A stretch of 35,492 nt of DNA from Candidatus Nanopelagicales bacterium (GTDB lineage Bacteria; Actinomycetota; Actinomycetes; S36-B12; JBBRLC01): NCBI GenBank assembly GCA_038231595.1, contig JBBRLC010000001.1, positions 1 to 35,492 on the forward strand, in the 5' to 3' direction. Each line of letters opens with the position of its first letter. Position 1 is the first letter of the stretch. The notes below the pieces were generated by a model. It saw only the letters and a list, made by a program, of their open reading frames with translations, did not search any database and was not told the origin of the DNA. Of this stretch, positions 16,963-25,164 are shown piece by piece. Made by a program: the position numbers and the translations under genes.

Positions 16963-17096
16963 CAGTAGTCGGCGTTCCCGTGCAGGTTTGGGTACGGCGA
17001 GTGCAGCTCCGCGGACTCGATCGACTCGTCGACGGCAACCTCGACAGCGTCGGCGATTGGCGTTTCCTCAACTACGTCGACGGTGGGTTCAGACAT
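16962..17096 (-). CDS. acidic 44-aa protein (not in ORF track)
   Basis: Encodes MSEPTVDVVEETPIADAVEVAVDESIESAELHSPYPNLHGNADY. A strong AAGGAG lies 6 nt upstream of the ATG, and the stop overlaps the next start (TGATG). Confidence 0.5.
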   Translation of the reverse strand: MSEPTVDVVEETPIADAVEVAVDESIESAELHSPYPNLHGNADY

Positions 17097-17174
17097 GGGT
17101 ACTCCTTGGTGAGTGGGTGGATCGGGTACTGCCGGGCGGACCGATTGCGCAGTCCGCCCGGCAGTGTGGTTTGG

Positions 17175-18575
17175 CTAGTAACCCGAGGGGCTGATGAGAC
17201 CTGTCGAGGTTGCGCCTGTGCCACCGATGGAAGTGATCGCGACCGGGTATCGGTCGAAGATCGCGGCGACGTAATTGAAGAGCTGCACGCGGACCTGCAA
17301 AGTCCCGCTTAGCACCTCGGCAAGTACGCGGGTACGCACCTGGCCCTCGTACAGGTATAGGTCATCAAACTTCGCGGCGATGATCTGGTCCTGGTTGGTG
17401 TTCAACGTCGACGACACGTTCGCATCGATGTAGACCGGCGTGCCAATGATGTGACCGACTGGCCCCTGCGCTCCACCGTCGGAACCACCGGCGGGGTTGA
17501 ACGCGTTGTCCGTGGACGGGACGACCAAGGGCCGGAGGTTGCCGTCGAGCTGCGCGAGCATCCAGTACCAGCGCTGCGGGGTCATCACGAACCCAGTCGC
17601 AGGAAGGAACCGAGCCTTGGCAACCAGAGACAACGACTGTGCGAGGTTTGGGTACAACTCGGGCAGAGTCGGAGTGGCATCGGTGTAGGTCGACAGGTTG
17701 ATACCTGAGACCGCGTTAATGCCCTTCATCTGACCCGAGGAACCGGTGCCGTACAGCACCTGGACGTCGAGCTTCTGGTTGTAGTCCGCGGCCAGGTCTT
17801 TGAGGACGATCACGTCAAAGTTGACGGGCGACTGGTCGAGGAGCTGCAATGCGATGTCTTGCTGACCAGCGATGGTGCGAACCGGGCCTGTGACGGACGC
17901 GTCAGTGAGATCCGTGGACGACACCGCACCGCCGTCTTGCTGAACAGCCGTCGTGGTACCGGCGAGAACCTTCGGCAAGTTGATCGAGTCCGTGCCCTCA
18001 GGCAAGTCCATGATCGTGCAGAGGTCAGCGGTGACGCGACCCGCGCGTAGGTATGCCGCGTACTGGTCGATGAGCCACACGGGTGGTACGAAATATCCGC
18101 CCTGGCCATCTGTCCGGTTCGGGTTGACGCGCTTTTCAAACGGTGACGTAACACCGCGCTTGGCGCGATCGGGAAGGTCCACGTCAAGTTGACGTGCGTG
18201 CTCGATCAGCCGTGCGCGTGCGTCGTTGTCGCCGCGGTAGTCGGCGCGAGCGAGGTCAAGGAAGTACGACCGGCCCGTACCTTTGCCGTAAGTCGTCGGC
18301 TCACTGATGACCTGCGCGCGACCAGGGGTCACGTCGCCAGTGGGGGCGCCGAGCAACTTGGCAGCGGCCGCGTCAGCGGCACGCGCTACCTCGTTGGCTT
18401 CGAGTTGCTTGATACGGGTGTCGAACGTGGCGCGCTCTTCGAGCTTCGCCTCGATCTCCGCGTTAGCCGCGACTGCGGCGGTGCGATCTTCGGGCACAGG
18501 TACTGCCAAAAGGGTGTCGATGTTGGATTGAAGAGCGTCGCGATTAGTGCGAACCTCTTCGAGAACTGTAGGCAT
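17175..18575 (-). CDS. major capsid protein (HK97-type)
   Basis: ATG 18575 is preceded by GAAAGGG. N-terminal coiled-coil delta-like region followed by a large body. Lies downstream of the prohead protease. Confidence 0.9.
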   Translation of the reverse strand: MPTVLEEVRTNRDALQSNIDTLLAVPVPEDRTAAVAANAEIEAKLEERATFDTRIKQLEANEVARAADAAAAKLLGAPTGDVTPGRAQVISEPTTYGKGTGRSYFLDLARADYRGDNDARARLIEHARQLDVDLPDRAKRGVTSPFEKRVNPNRTDGQGGYFVPPVWLIDQYAAYLRAGRVTADLCTIMDLPEGTDSINLPKVLAGTTTAVQQDGGAVSSTDLTDASVTGPVRTIAGQQDIALQLLDQSPVNFDVIVLKDLAADYNQKLDVQVLYGTGSSGQMKGINAVSGINLSTYTDATPTLPELYPNLAQSLSLVAKARFLPATGFVMTPQRWYWMLAQLDGNLRPLVVPSTDNAFNPAGGSDGGAQGPVGHIIGTPVYIDANVSSTLNTNQDQIIAAKFDDLYLYEGQVRTRVLAEVLSGTLQVRVQLFNYVAAIFDRYPVAITSIGGTGATSTGLISPSGY

Positions 18576-18686
18576 GGTCGCCCTTTCTCTGTAAGGAGTT
18601 TGCGGATGAGTCGCAGGTGGTTCCCTCACAGGTGACCGCCGCTTGCAAGGTGACGGTCGGGCTGTAGGCCCGGACTGCTTGTCGTG

Positions 18687-19616
18687 CTACGCGCGATTGC
18701 GCGCTGCGAGCAGTTGACGCTCGCGGACGAGTTCGGGAAGGTCGCTCGCGGCAACAGATTCCGACTCGCCAGTCTGTGTGTCCGACGCATCGTCGGCGTC
18801 AGGGTTAGGAACACCCATGAGGTCCGCGAGTAGCGGCTGTGCGGCGTCCACGGCGTCGTCGGCCTCAGAAATCAGGCCGAGAACCTCTTGCAGCACGCCC
18901 ATAGTCGCCGCCGAAAGTTTCGCCCCGGCCCGGGTTTCATCAGCAGCGCGCTGCCCGATTAGCGCAGGAATGCGCGTCCGCATCAACGACGCCGCCTGCC
19001 GCTTACGCAACGCCGTCGTCCCCGTCGTCGCCGGGTTCGCGGGCCACGTCACAACCGACGTGTCGCCCCCGTCAATGTCAACGGCGTGGATATCGCGCTG
19101 ATCGTAATCCGGGGACCATGTTTGCTCGGTCACCCAAAACGCGAATGACATCGCATCGAGGTCACCGCGCTCCATCGCTGAACGAACCTGATGCACGTCG
19201 GCACGGGTCGCGTCCAGGTCAGCTTCTACGTGAAGCCCCGTCGAATCCGCACCCAACCGCTGCGAGCCCGACTTGGTGCGCGCCATGGGTGCGCCGTCCC
19301 AAGCGTGGTTGAGGCAGAAGATCACGTCGGGTTTGTTGCCCAACGTCCGGGTGAAGCAGCCGTCACGCATGATCTCGGTGTAGTCGCCAAGCCAGTCAGT
19401 AATGACGTAAGGCACGTCAACGACGCAGGCATACCCGGTGAAGACCAACTCGTCAGTGCTACCGGGCTTGGCGCGTAGTTCGATCTCGCGAAAGGCCATG
19501 TCTAGCGTGTTCACGCCGACTGCTTGACGCAGCATCGGGCGCAACGCGCGAATATCACCGTCTAAAACGCGTTTCTCGAACTCTGGGGTGAGAACCCCGC
19601 CGGAACGGATCTTCAT
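18687..19616 (-). CDS. prohead (capsid maturation) protease, HK97 family
   Basis: FTGYACVVDVPY…DGCF…LNHAWDG pattern. ATGA overlap with the portal stop. Confidence 0.9.
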   Translation of the reverse strand: MKIRSGGVLTPEFEKRVLDGDIRALRPMLRQAVGVNTLDMAFREIELRAKPGSTDELVFTGYACVVDVPYVITDWLGDYTEIMRDGCFTRTLGNKPDVIFCLNHAWDGAPMARTKSGSQRLGADSTGLHVEADLDATRADVHQVRSAMERGDLDAMSFAFWVTEQTWSPDYDQRDIHAVDIDGGDTSVVTWPANPATTGTTALRKRQAASLMRTRIPALIGQRAADETRAGAKLSAATMGVLQEVLGLISEADDAVDAAQPLLADLMGVPNPDADDASDTQTGESESVAASDLPELVRERQLLAARNRA

Positions 19617-20875
19617 ATCGTGCTCCCATCGGTGGCGGTCGGGTCCGCTTGCATCCCGGTGGCCGGGTCAATGGGCGGTGGGACGGCACTGTTGGTGTTG
19701 AAAGGAATGTTGTAGTCAGTTCCATCAGGCCCGCCGATGGCCGGCCAACCTTCATCGGCGCGGATCTCGTCTCGGTTGCGGATGCCGACTAGGCGATGCG
19801 CTTGTGCGATTTGTGCGCGCTCCAGAGCCGATGCGCGCAGTAGCCCGGAGAAGTCGAATTGGGTCCATGTTGATTGCCCGCCGGGGACCATGGCGTTCCA
19901 CACCGTTTCGAGCTGCCATGCGAACGGCAGCAGCGTGTGGGTTGCGTACCCCTGATCAATCGCGTCGAGCCCTTTTCCGCCGCCCTGGGAGGCGTGAGCA
20001 ACGATCGCCATGATCCGTTGCAGTGGCACTCCGAACCATCCGCAAATCTCTTCGCGCAGCAGCGACCGCGTTCCTAGGAACTGGGCGTTCTCCGGTGTGA
20101 CCGACATCTGCTTCCACGAAGCGCCGCCAGATAGCACCGCAACCCGGTGGGCGTTGGCGAGCCCGGAGTTCCCAACCTCCCAACCGTCTTTGAGCGCTCT
20201 GGCTCCTTTGCGATCCAATTCGCCCGGGGCCTCGATCACGCCACTTGGTGAAGTGCCGTTACGGAAGAAGTTCGCGCCGTACTCGTTGACGTCGGCCGCC
20301 AGGCCCCAGTTGATGCGCTGGTAAGTCACTGGATCAACGCCAGCCAAATCCCCTGGCAACATAAGGCCGGTGAAATGCTTGACCTTGTCTCCGCCGTAAT
20401 ACTCGTTATTGATCTTGAATAACTTGGCGCGAGTCGCCGAGTCTCGATACACCGACACTCGGTCGGGGTGCAGGATCTGCAGCTGCAACGGGTTCCCCTG
20501 TGAGTCGGACTGCGTGACAAACGTGAACGCGTTGCCGCGTAGCGTGATCGACGCGACGATTTGCCCGATCCCAGCCTGCAAAGACAAGTCCGGCCCGAAA
20601 GGCTCGGCGACGATCTGCGGTTGACTCGCGAGACGCTGCTTCACTCCGTGGCGGTCACCGGTGTATGCGGCGAAGGGCAAGATGCCCATGTCGTTGTGCA
20701 ACACCTTGACGCAGTTGAGCACCGTCGACACACCCAATGCGGCCGACTCGTTGAGGAAGCCACCGACGCTACCGCCGAAGGATGAGTTCGGCGGTAGCGA
20801 CGAGTCGCCAAACTCGGCTCCCCGAGTTGTCACCGAGTTGCGCGCGTTGCGAACCGCACGACCGAAAAGATCCAC
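19613..20875 (-). CDS. portal protein
   Basis: 420 aa between the terminase and the protease. GTG start. Confidence 0.9.
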   Translation of the reverse strand: MDLFGRAVRNARNSVTTRGAEFGDSSLPPNSSFGGSVGGFLNESAALGVSTVLNCVKVLHNDMGILPFAAYTGDRHGVKQRLASQPQIVAEPFGPDLSLQAGIGQIVASITLRGNAFTFVTQSDSQGNPLQLQILHPDRVSVYRDSATRAKLFKINNEYYGGDKVKHFTGLMLPGDLAGVDPVTYQRINWGLAADVNEYGANFFRNGTSPSGVIEAPGELDRKGARALKDGWEVGNSGLANAHRVAVLSGGASWKQMSVTPENAQFLGTRSLLREEICGWFGVPLQRIMAIVAHASQGGGKGLDAIDQGYATHTLLPFAWQLETVWNAMVPGGQSTWTQFDFSGLLRASALERAQIAQAHRLVGIRNRDEIRADEGWPAIGGPDGTDYNIPFNTNSAVPPPIDPATGMQADPTATDGSTI

Positions 20876-21021
20876 TACCGATCGCCGCGCTCATCAGCGA
20901 ACGCGAAGCCCAACACGGCCAGTGACACGCCAAGCGCCAGAACCGCCCAGCGCAAACCGAACGTCGCGGCGAACCCCACCAGGCACAACAGTGCGGCGAT
21001 CTGACAGATCAGCGTTCGCAT
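20875..21021 (-). CDS. 48-aa two-TM membrane protein between TerL and portal (not in ORF track)
   Basis: Encodes MRTLICQIAALLCLVGFAATFGLRWAVLALGVSLAVLGFAFADERGDR. Its ATG overlaps the TerL stop by 1 nt, and its TAG overlaps the portal GTG by 1 nt. Confidence 0.5.
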   Translation of the reverse strand: MRTLICQIAALLCLVGFAATFGLRWAVLALGVSLAVLGFAFADERGDR

Positions 21022-22607
21022 CAGCCGTCCTCATCGTCGTCGGAATGTTGATGCCCGCAATCAAGGCAAGGAGCACTATCGGCAGGAAATTCGAAGTGAC
21101 ATTCGCAGTCGGAGCAGTTGCCGAGTTGGCCAAAAAAGAATGCCGAAGGCTGCGGCGCCTTGTCGTCGGGTTGTCGCACAGCCCACGCCGCTAACGCGAC
21201 CGCGTACAGCGGCGACAAGTCAACACCTTCGTCAGCATCGAAGATCCACTCCCCTTTGCCAGACGAACGACGCGCCACCTGAACAGAAACACCCAAGTCG
21301 GCGTCACCACGGTGCGCCAACGTCCCCGCGTTCACCGCGTCGAACAGCGCCGCACATGCGCGACGCACCTCGGTCGATGTCATCGCATCGAAACCGGGCA
21401 GATCCTCAAAATCGGTACTCAGCGATCCCGCGGCCATCGAAGATGCCAACACGACACTCGATGCGCCATGGCGCTCTACTCGATCGGTCACCCAAGGAAC
21501 AACCCAGGCGACACCCTCATCGTGGGCGACCAGCTCGACGTGCAGAATCCCGTCACCACGCAGCGATGCAACCGCAACCGATGACCACGCCCGATCCGGC
21601 GTGACATGCACGCCGAACACGATGCGATCCCCAGGCGTTGAGTCCGGGTCGGTCAACTTCCACCACGCGGGCATGTGGAACAGCCCACCAATCGCGGAGG
21701 ATTCCCACCAACCCATGCGCTCGCGGGCGAACTCCGCCGGCGGAAGTGAACGACGCTCGGCCGCGATGTAAGTCTCGGTGATTCGCTTACCCATCGCAGG
21801 GTTCGCTTGCTGCCAAAACTTGCGATTGTCCAGTGAGCATCCGACCGCGTTGCGGTGATGGTCGCAATCCTTCGACGTGCATCCACCTTCGGGGGCGCAC
21901 CACTCGATGTAGACCAGCGACGGGTCTCCGCCTTCACGTCCGCGATCCCTGACGAGCTGCAATACCAGCGAGATCGCGAGACCGGCACTGGATGCGTACA
22001 GAACCATCGGATTCGGACGGGCCGACAGCGTGGGCAGCAACGCGCCCATCATCTCGGCGGTCAGGAACAAAGCCTCATCAAGAATGACAAGGTCGCCGGA
22101 CAGTCCACGGCCCGATGCCTGGGATCGAGCAATGAAGATGATCCGCGAGCCGTTTACAAACTCGAAAGACTCTTCACCGTTGGAGAACGACACCCGTGAA
22201 ATACGTCGGGAAAGTTCCGGGGAAGATCGATACAACTTGAGCATCGCCAGGAACGCCTCATGCGCGGTCTTGTACCGGTGCGCCGACCAAACAACGAGCT
22301 GATCGGGCTTCGATATTGCGACCAGGAGAGCAACCGGCATGAGCACGCCGACGCTCTTGCCGTTCTGCCGGGACTCGATCAGGGCCGCCTCGAGAGCGGC
22401 CCACCGCTCTTCACCGTCAGGACCAGACACAACCGAGAGAATGGCGTCGAGCGCGAGGGCCTGTTCGGCGTCAAGGTCGAGGCCGAACACCTTGACCAGC
22501 GAGACCGCGAGGTCGCCCAGGGAATCCGAGCGCTCAGGAATCCACAAATGCGCCGGGTCGACCCGCTTACGCGCCAGAACGACGCTGCCTGCGCTCAAGG
22601 AGCTCAT
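21021..22607 (-). CDS. terL: terminase large subunit
   Basis: Walker A-like SRQNGKSVG and Walker B LVILDEA, followed by a C-terminal nuclease-like half. 528 aa. Confidence 0.92.
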   Translation of the reverse strand: MSSLSAGSVVLARKRVDPAHLWIPERSDSLGDLAVSLVKVFGLDLDAEQALALDAILSVVSGPDGEERWAALEAALIESRQNGKSVGVLMPVALLVAISKPDQLVVWSAHRYKTAHEAFLAMLKLYRSSPELSRRISRVSFSNGEESFEFVNGSRIIFIARSQASGRGLSGDLVILDEALFLTAEMMGALLPTLSARPNPMVLYASSAGLAISLVLQLVRDRGREGGDPSLVYIEWCAPEGGCTSKDCDHHRNAVGCSLDNRKFWQQANPAMGKRITETYIAAERRSLPPAEFARERMGWWESSAIGGLFHMPAWWKLTDPDSTPGDRIVFGVHVTPDRAWSSVAVASLRGDGILHVELVAHDEGVAWVVPWVTDRVERHGASSVVLASSMAAGSLSTDFEDLPGFDAMTSTEVRRACAALFDAVNAGTLAHRGDADLGVSVQVARRSSGKGEWIFDADEGVDLSPLYAVALAAWAVRQPDDKAPQPSAFFFGQLGNCSDCECHFEFPADSAPCLDCGHQHSDDDEDG

Positions 22608-22959
22608 CGACGTCGTCCTTTGCGCGCGGCTTGGACTTCTCGATCTCTGTCAGCGTCGCCCGATACTCGCGCGCCAAACCGGCCAAGGCGGTTGGCGGCG
22701 TTCGTGGCGAACGCAGCTTGTGCTGCAGCTCGCGGGCGACGTCGGCCAGCGACATCAAGACCTCGCGGTCGCCTGAAATCTCATCCGAGATCGGGGTGAC
22801 TTCAGCGATGACGGGAGCCAGTTCCGGTAGACCCATCTTGCGCGCCCTCGCCGCTAACACTCGACACGAAACCTGGCAGAACCGCGCCCGCGACCCATGC
22901 GTTGGCGGAGTGAAAACCTTGCCGCATCGGGCGCAGAGTCGGGTGCCGCGAACCACCAT
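22567..22959 (-). CDS. terS: terminase small subunit (zinc-ribbon type)
   Basis: 130 aa overlapping the TerL start. CARCGKVF…FCQVSC Cys cluster. RBS AGAGGA. Confidence 0.7.
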   Translation of the reverse strand: MVVRGTRLCARCGKVFTPPTHGSRARFCQVSCRVLAARARKMGLPELAPVIAEVTPISDEISGDREVLMSLADVARELQHKLRSPRTPPTALAGLAREYRATLTEIEKSKPRAKDDVDELLERRQRRSGA

Positions 22960-23137
22960 GCCTACTGTCCTCTGCGAGCCATGCTGACTCCTCTTCGCGG
23001 GGAAAACCGCAGGTCAGAAGGCTCGGGACGTAAACGCTCACGCGCTTAGACGGATAAAGCTAGATGCGGGTCTTGGCGCACGCGGGGAGCGCCGCCAACT
23101 TTTGAGGCACCCCCGGTGCGCGCCAATCCAGTCCAAT

Positions 23138-23422
23138 TCACCACGAGCGCGACGGCGTCGCGGGCTGGGGGGTGAGCCTGTCGCGCTTGGAACTGTTACA
23201 GCCACAGTGGGCGGGCTGGCAGTTGGCGGGGTCGAACTGCGATCCGCCGAGTGCGAGAGGGACGACGTGGTCGACGCTCGGCGCCCAGGTGCTGCGGGGT
23301 CGGGCGTTGAAGTCGAGGGGTTTGTGGCATAGCGCGCAGTGCGTGGCGTTGGCTAAGACCTGTGCGCGCAGCGTGCGCCACCGCTGGGTCTTGGTGGGCT
23401 TAGACGCCGACTGACTTGGCAT
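23138..23422 (-). CDS. HNH endonuclease
   Basis: HCALCHKPL…VDHVVPLALGG…NCQPAHCGCNSSK. Confidence 0.9.
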   Translation of the reverse strand: MPSQSASKPTKTQRWRTLRAQVLANATHCALCHKPLDFNARPRSTWAPSVDHVVPLALGGSQFDPANCQPAHCGCNSSKRDRLTPQPATPSRSW

Positions 23423-23681
23423 CCGTTACCGGAACCTTGATTGATTTGGTCACGGCATCGAGGCCGATCTCGACGAGCTTCGCGTCTGTGAATGTGGCGA
23501 GGTCTGTGCTTTCGCCTTCGGATGTGGTGAGCACACAGGTCCAGCCGTCGTCGGTCTCGCTCCGTTGCCATTCGAATGTGAATGTCATGGCAGTGGTCGG
23601 TGTCTCAAGGACATTGAAGCTCCCCACGGCTAAAGCCGGGGGATTCCCTGTAACCCTCGCGGGTTGAGGTTCCTGTTTCAT
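23400..23681 (-). CDS. hypothetical protein (93 aa)
   Basis: ATG preceded by GAGAGGG. Lies between tnpB and HNH. Confidence 0.6.
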   Translation of the reverse strand: MKQEPQPARVTGNPPALAVGSFNVLETPTTAMTFTFEWQRSETDDGWTCVLTTSEGESTDLATFTDAKLVEIGLDAVTKSIKVPVTDAKSVGV

Positions 23682-23683
23682 AG

Positions 23684-23860
23684 ACTGTCGCCCTCTCGCA
23701 CTAGGTGCGGGAAGGTCTTACACCATCTCCGCAGGCTGAAACCGTCCTCCCGACGGCCAAAATGTTGCGTGCCGCGTTCACGTCCCGGTCGTGAACTGTC
23801 CCGCATTGCGGGCACGTCCATTCCCGAACATTCAACGGCATCTTCCCTTGCAAGTGTCCG
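23684..23860 (-). ncRNA. putative omega-RNA (reRNA) scaffold overlapping the tnpB 3' end
   Basis: Placement follows known TnpB loci. Stem-loops occur at 23776-23796 (7 bp), 23800-23812 (5 bp) and 23742-23756 (5 bp). Boundaries are not determined. Confidence 0.3.
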
Positions 23861-24837
23861 CAGTCCGAACACGTCTTGCTTGACGGATACCAGCGGTCGA
23901 TTGCTATGACTTCCCGCCCGTACCATTCGGCTTTGTATTCCAACTGGCGGCGGAACTCGGCCCATGCCACGTCCGAAATGGCGCGTGAGAGGGAACGATT
24001 CGCCAACATGTTCCGCACCGTTAAGTCTTCGATCATCACCGTTTGGTTCTCGCGGATCAACCGAGTCGTGAGTTTGTGTAACTGGTCGTGCCGTCGGTCT
24101 TTGATTCGTGCGTGAACTCGGGCCACTTTGGTACGGGCCTTCGCCCGGTTCGCTGACCCCTTCTGTTTCCTCGCTAACGCGCGTTGCGCCTTCACAAGCC
24201 GCTGATGGTCTGTTCTGGCGTGCCGCATGTTCGCAACTTTCTCCCCCGTTGACAGGGTGAGAAGGTGCGTGAGGCCAACGTCCACTCCAACTTGAGTAGT
24301 TGTTGGGGGGAGCGGTTCGATCCGGGTTTCGACCAGAATGGATATGTGGTATCGCCCCGCCGAATCTTTTGACACTGTTACTGAACTTGGGGTTGCCCCG
24401 TCTGGGAGTGCGCGCGACCACACAATGTTGAGCGGTTCCGCCATCTTCGCCAGTTTGATCTGCCCGTCGCGGTGGGTGAACCCGAACGAGGTGTACGTCG
24501 CGGACTGCTTCGACTTGTGGCGGGACTTGAACTTGGGGTACTTCGCGCGGTTCCCCCAGAAGTTCACGTAGGCGGTTTGTAGTTGGCGTACCGCTTGCTG
24601 TAGCGGCACGGACGCGACCTCGCTCAACCATTGGGTGTCCGGGTCGTGTCGCCATTGCGCGATCCACCGAGCAGATTCGGCGTAAGTGACTTTCTTGTGG
24701 TCTTGGGTGTAAGCGCGGGAACGTTCCGCTAACGCCCGGTTGTACACGTAACGCACGGAACCGAACGTGCGTGCTAACTGTTGTTCCTGCTCCGGGGTTG
24801 GGTAGAAACGGTACTTGTACGCCCGCTTCACCAACAT
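23701..24837 (-). CDS. tnpB: TnpB (IS200/IS605-family OrfB, RuvC-type RNA-guided nuclease), apparently intact
   Basis: N-terminal AYKYRFYPT. RuvC D (VGVDVGL) and E (VMIEDL), zinc finger CSDCG…CPQCG, and final D (HDRDVNAARNI). Confidence 0.93.
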   Translation of the reverse strand: MLVKRAYKYRFYPTPEQEQQLARTFGSVRYVYNRALAERSRAYTQDHKKVTYAESARWIAQWRHDPDTQWLSEVASVPLQQAVRQLQTAYVNFWGNRAKYPKFKSRHKSKQSATYTSFGFTHRDGQIKLAKMAEPLNIVWSRALPDGATPSSVTVSKDSAGRYHISILVETRIEPLPPTTTQVGVDVGLTHLLTLSTGEKVANMRHARTDHQRLVKAQRALARKQKGSANRAKARTKVARVHARIKDRRHDQLHKLTTRLIRENQTVMIEDLTVRNMLANRSLSRAISDVAWAEFRRQLEYKAEWYGREVIAIDRWYPSSKTCSDCGHLQGKMPLNVREWTCPQCGTVHDRDVNAARNILAVGRTVSACGDGVRPSRT

Positions 24838-24917
24838 GGTTACATACTAGCACTCTAGTAGATCACTTCGCTAACCCCATAGCTAAAGCAAGGGGCTTGC
24901 GCTCAGCATCCAGCCTG

Positions 24918-25018
24918 CATTGATGAGGGACAGGCGCGTTGTTTGGGCGTGTGCCAAAGCCTCATCTAGTGATGGGTTGGCCTTGTCGTTCACTGTCGCC
25001 CTGTCCTCTTCATCAATG
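24918..25018. repeat. about 20-bp imperfect inverted repeat pair enclosing 60 bp, upstream of tnpB
   Basis: CATTGATGAGGGACAGGCG (24918-24936) pairs with CGCCCTGTCCTCTTCATCAATG (24997-25018), giving 19 pairs with 3 bulges. Confidence 0.7.
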
Positions 25019-25020
25019 AC

Positions 25021-25053
25021 GAAACCCGCGCACCTGTGGGGGTGGCGGGTTTC
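25021..25053 (-). terminator. strong GC-rich stem-loop (terminator of the replication operon, or part of the IS left end)
   Basis: GAAACCCGC…GCGGGTTTC forms a 9-bp stem, extendable by CACC/GGTG with one bulge, with a 6-nt loop. No T-tract follows. Confidence 0.35.
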
Positions 25054-25164
25054 GTGTGTGGCACACAGTTCTGCCACTGCGTTTCAGTGTCGCATATGGT
25101 TGGGCATGTTGTCTAGTTAGTGTCGGATTCGTTGTGAAGTTCGTCCAGCAGTTCCCGATGATCT

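Larger units (their letters stand above)
23684..25018 (-). mobile_element. stand-alone tnpB element (IS1341-like, no tnpA); ends approximate
   Basis: tnpB is flanked by a hairpin-dense 5' region and bracketed by the 11-bp direct repeat ACTGTCGCCCT (23684-23694 and 24992-25002). No transposase gene is adjacent. Confidence 0.4.

Noticed and set aside
20894-21133. 79-aa track ORF between TerL and portal
   Set aside because: It overlaps the TerL 3' end and gives a poor translation. A different frame (20875-21021) fits the gap exactly and encodes a clean membrane protein.
23678-24853. 391-aa minus-strand ORF overlapping tnpB in another frame
   Set aside because: Its translation is Arg/Pro/Gly-rich and motif-free, while the 23701-24837 frame carries the complete TnpB motif set. 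This is a typical high-G+C shadow ORF.
24883-25077. 64-aa minus-strand ORF upstream of tnpB
   Set aside because: It is encoded almost entirely by nested inverted repeats and the 25021-25053 stem-loop. It has no convincing RBS, so it is more likely structured non-coding DNA (IS left end or terminator).
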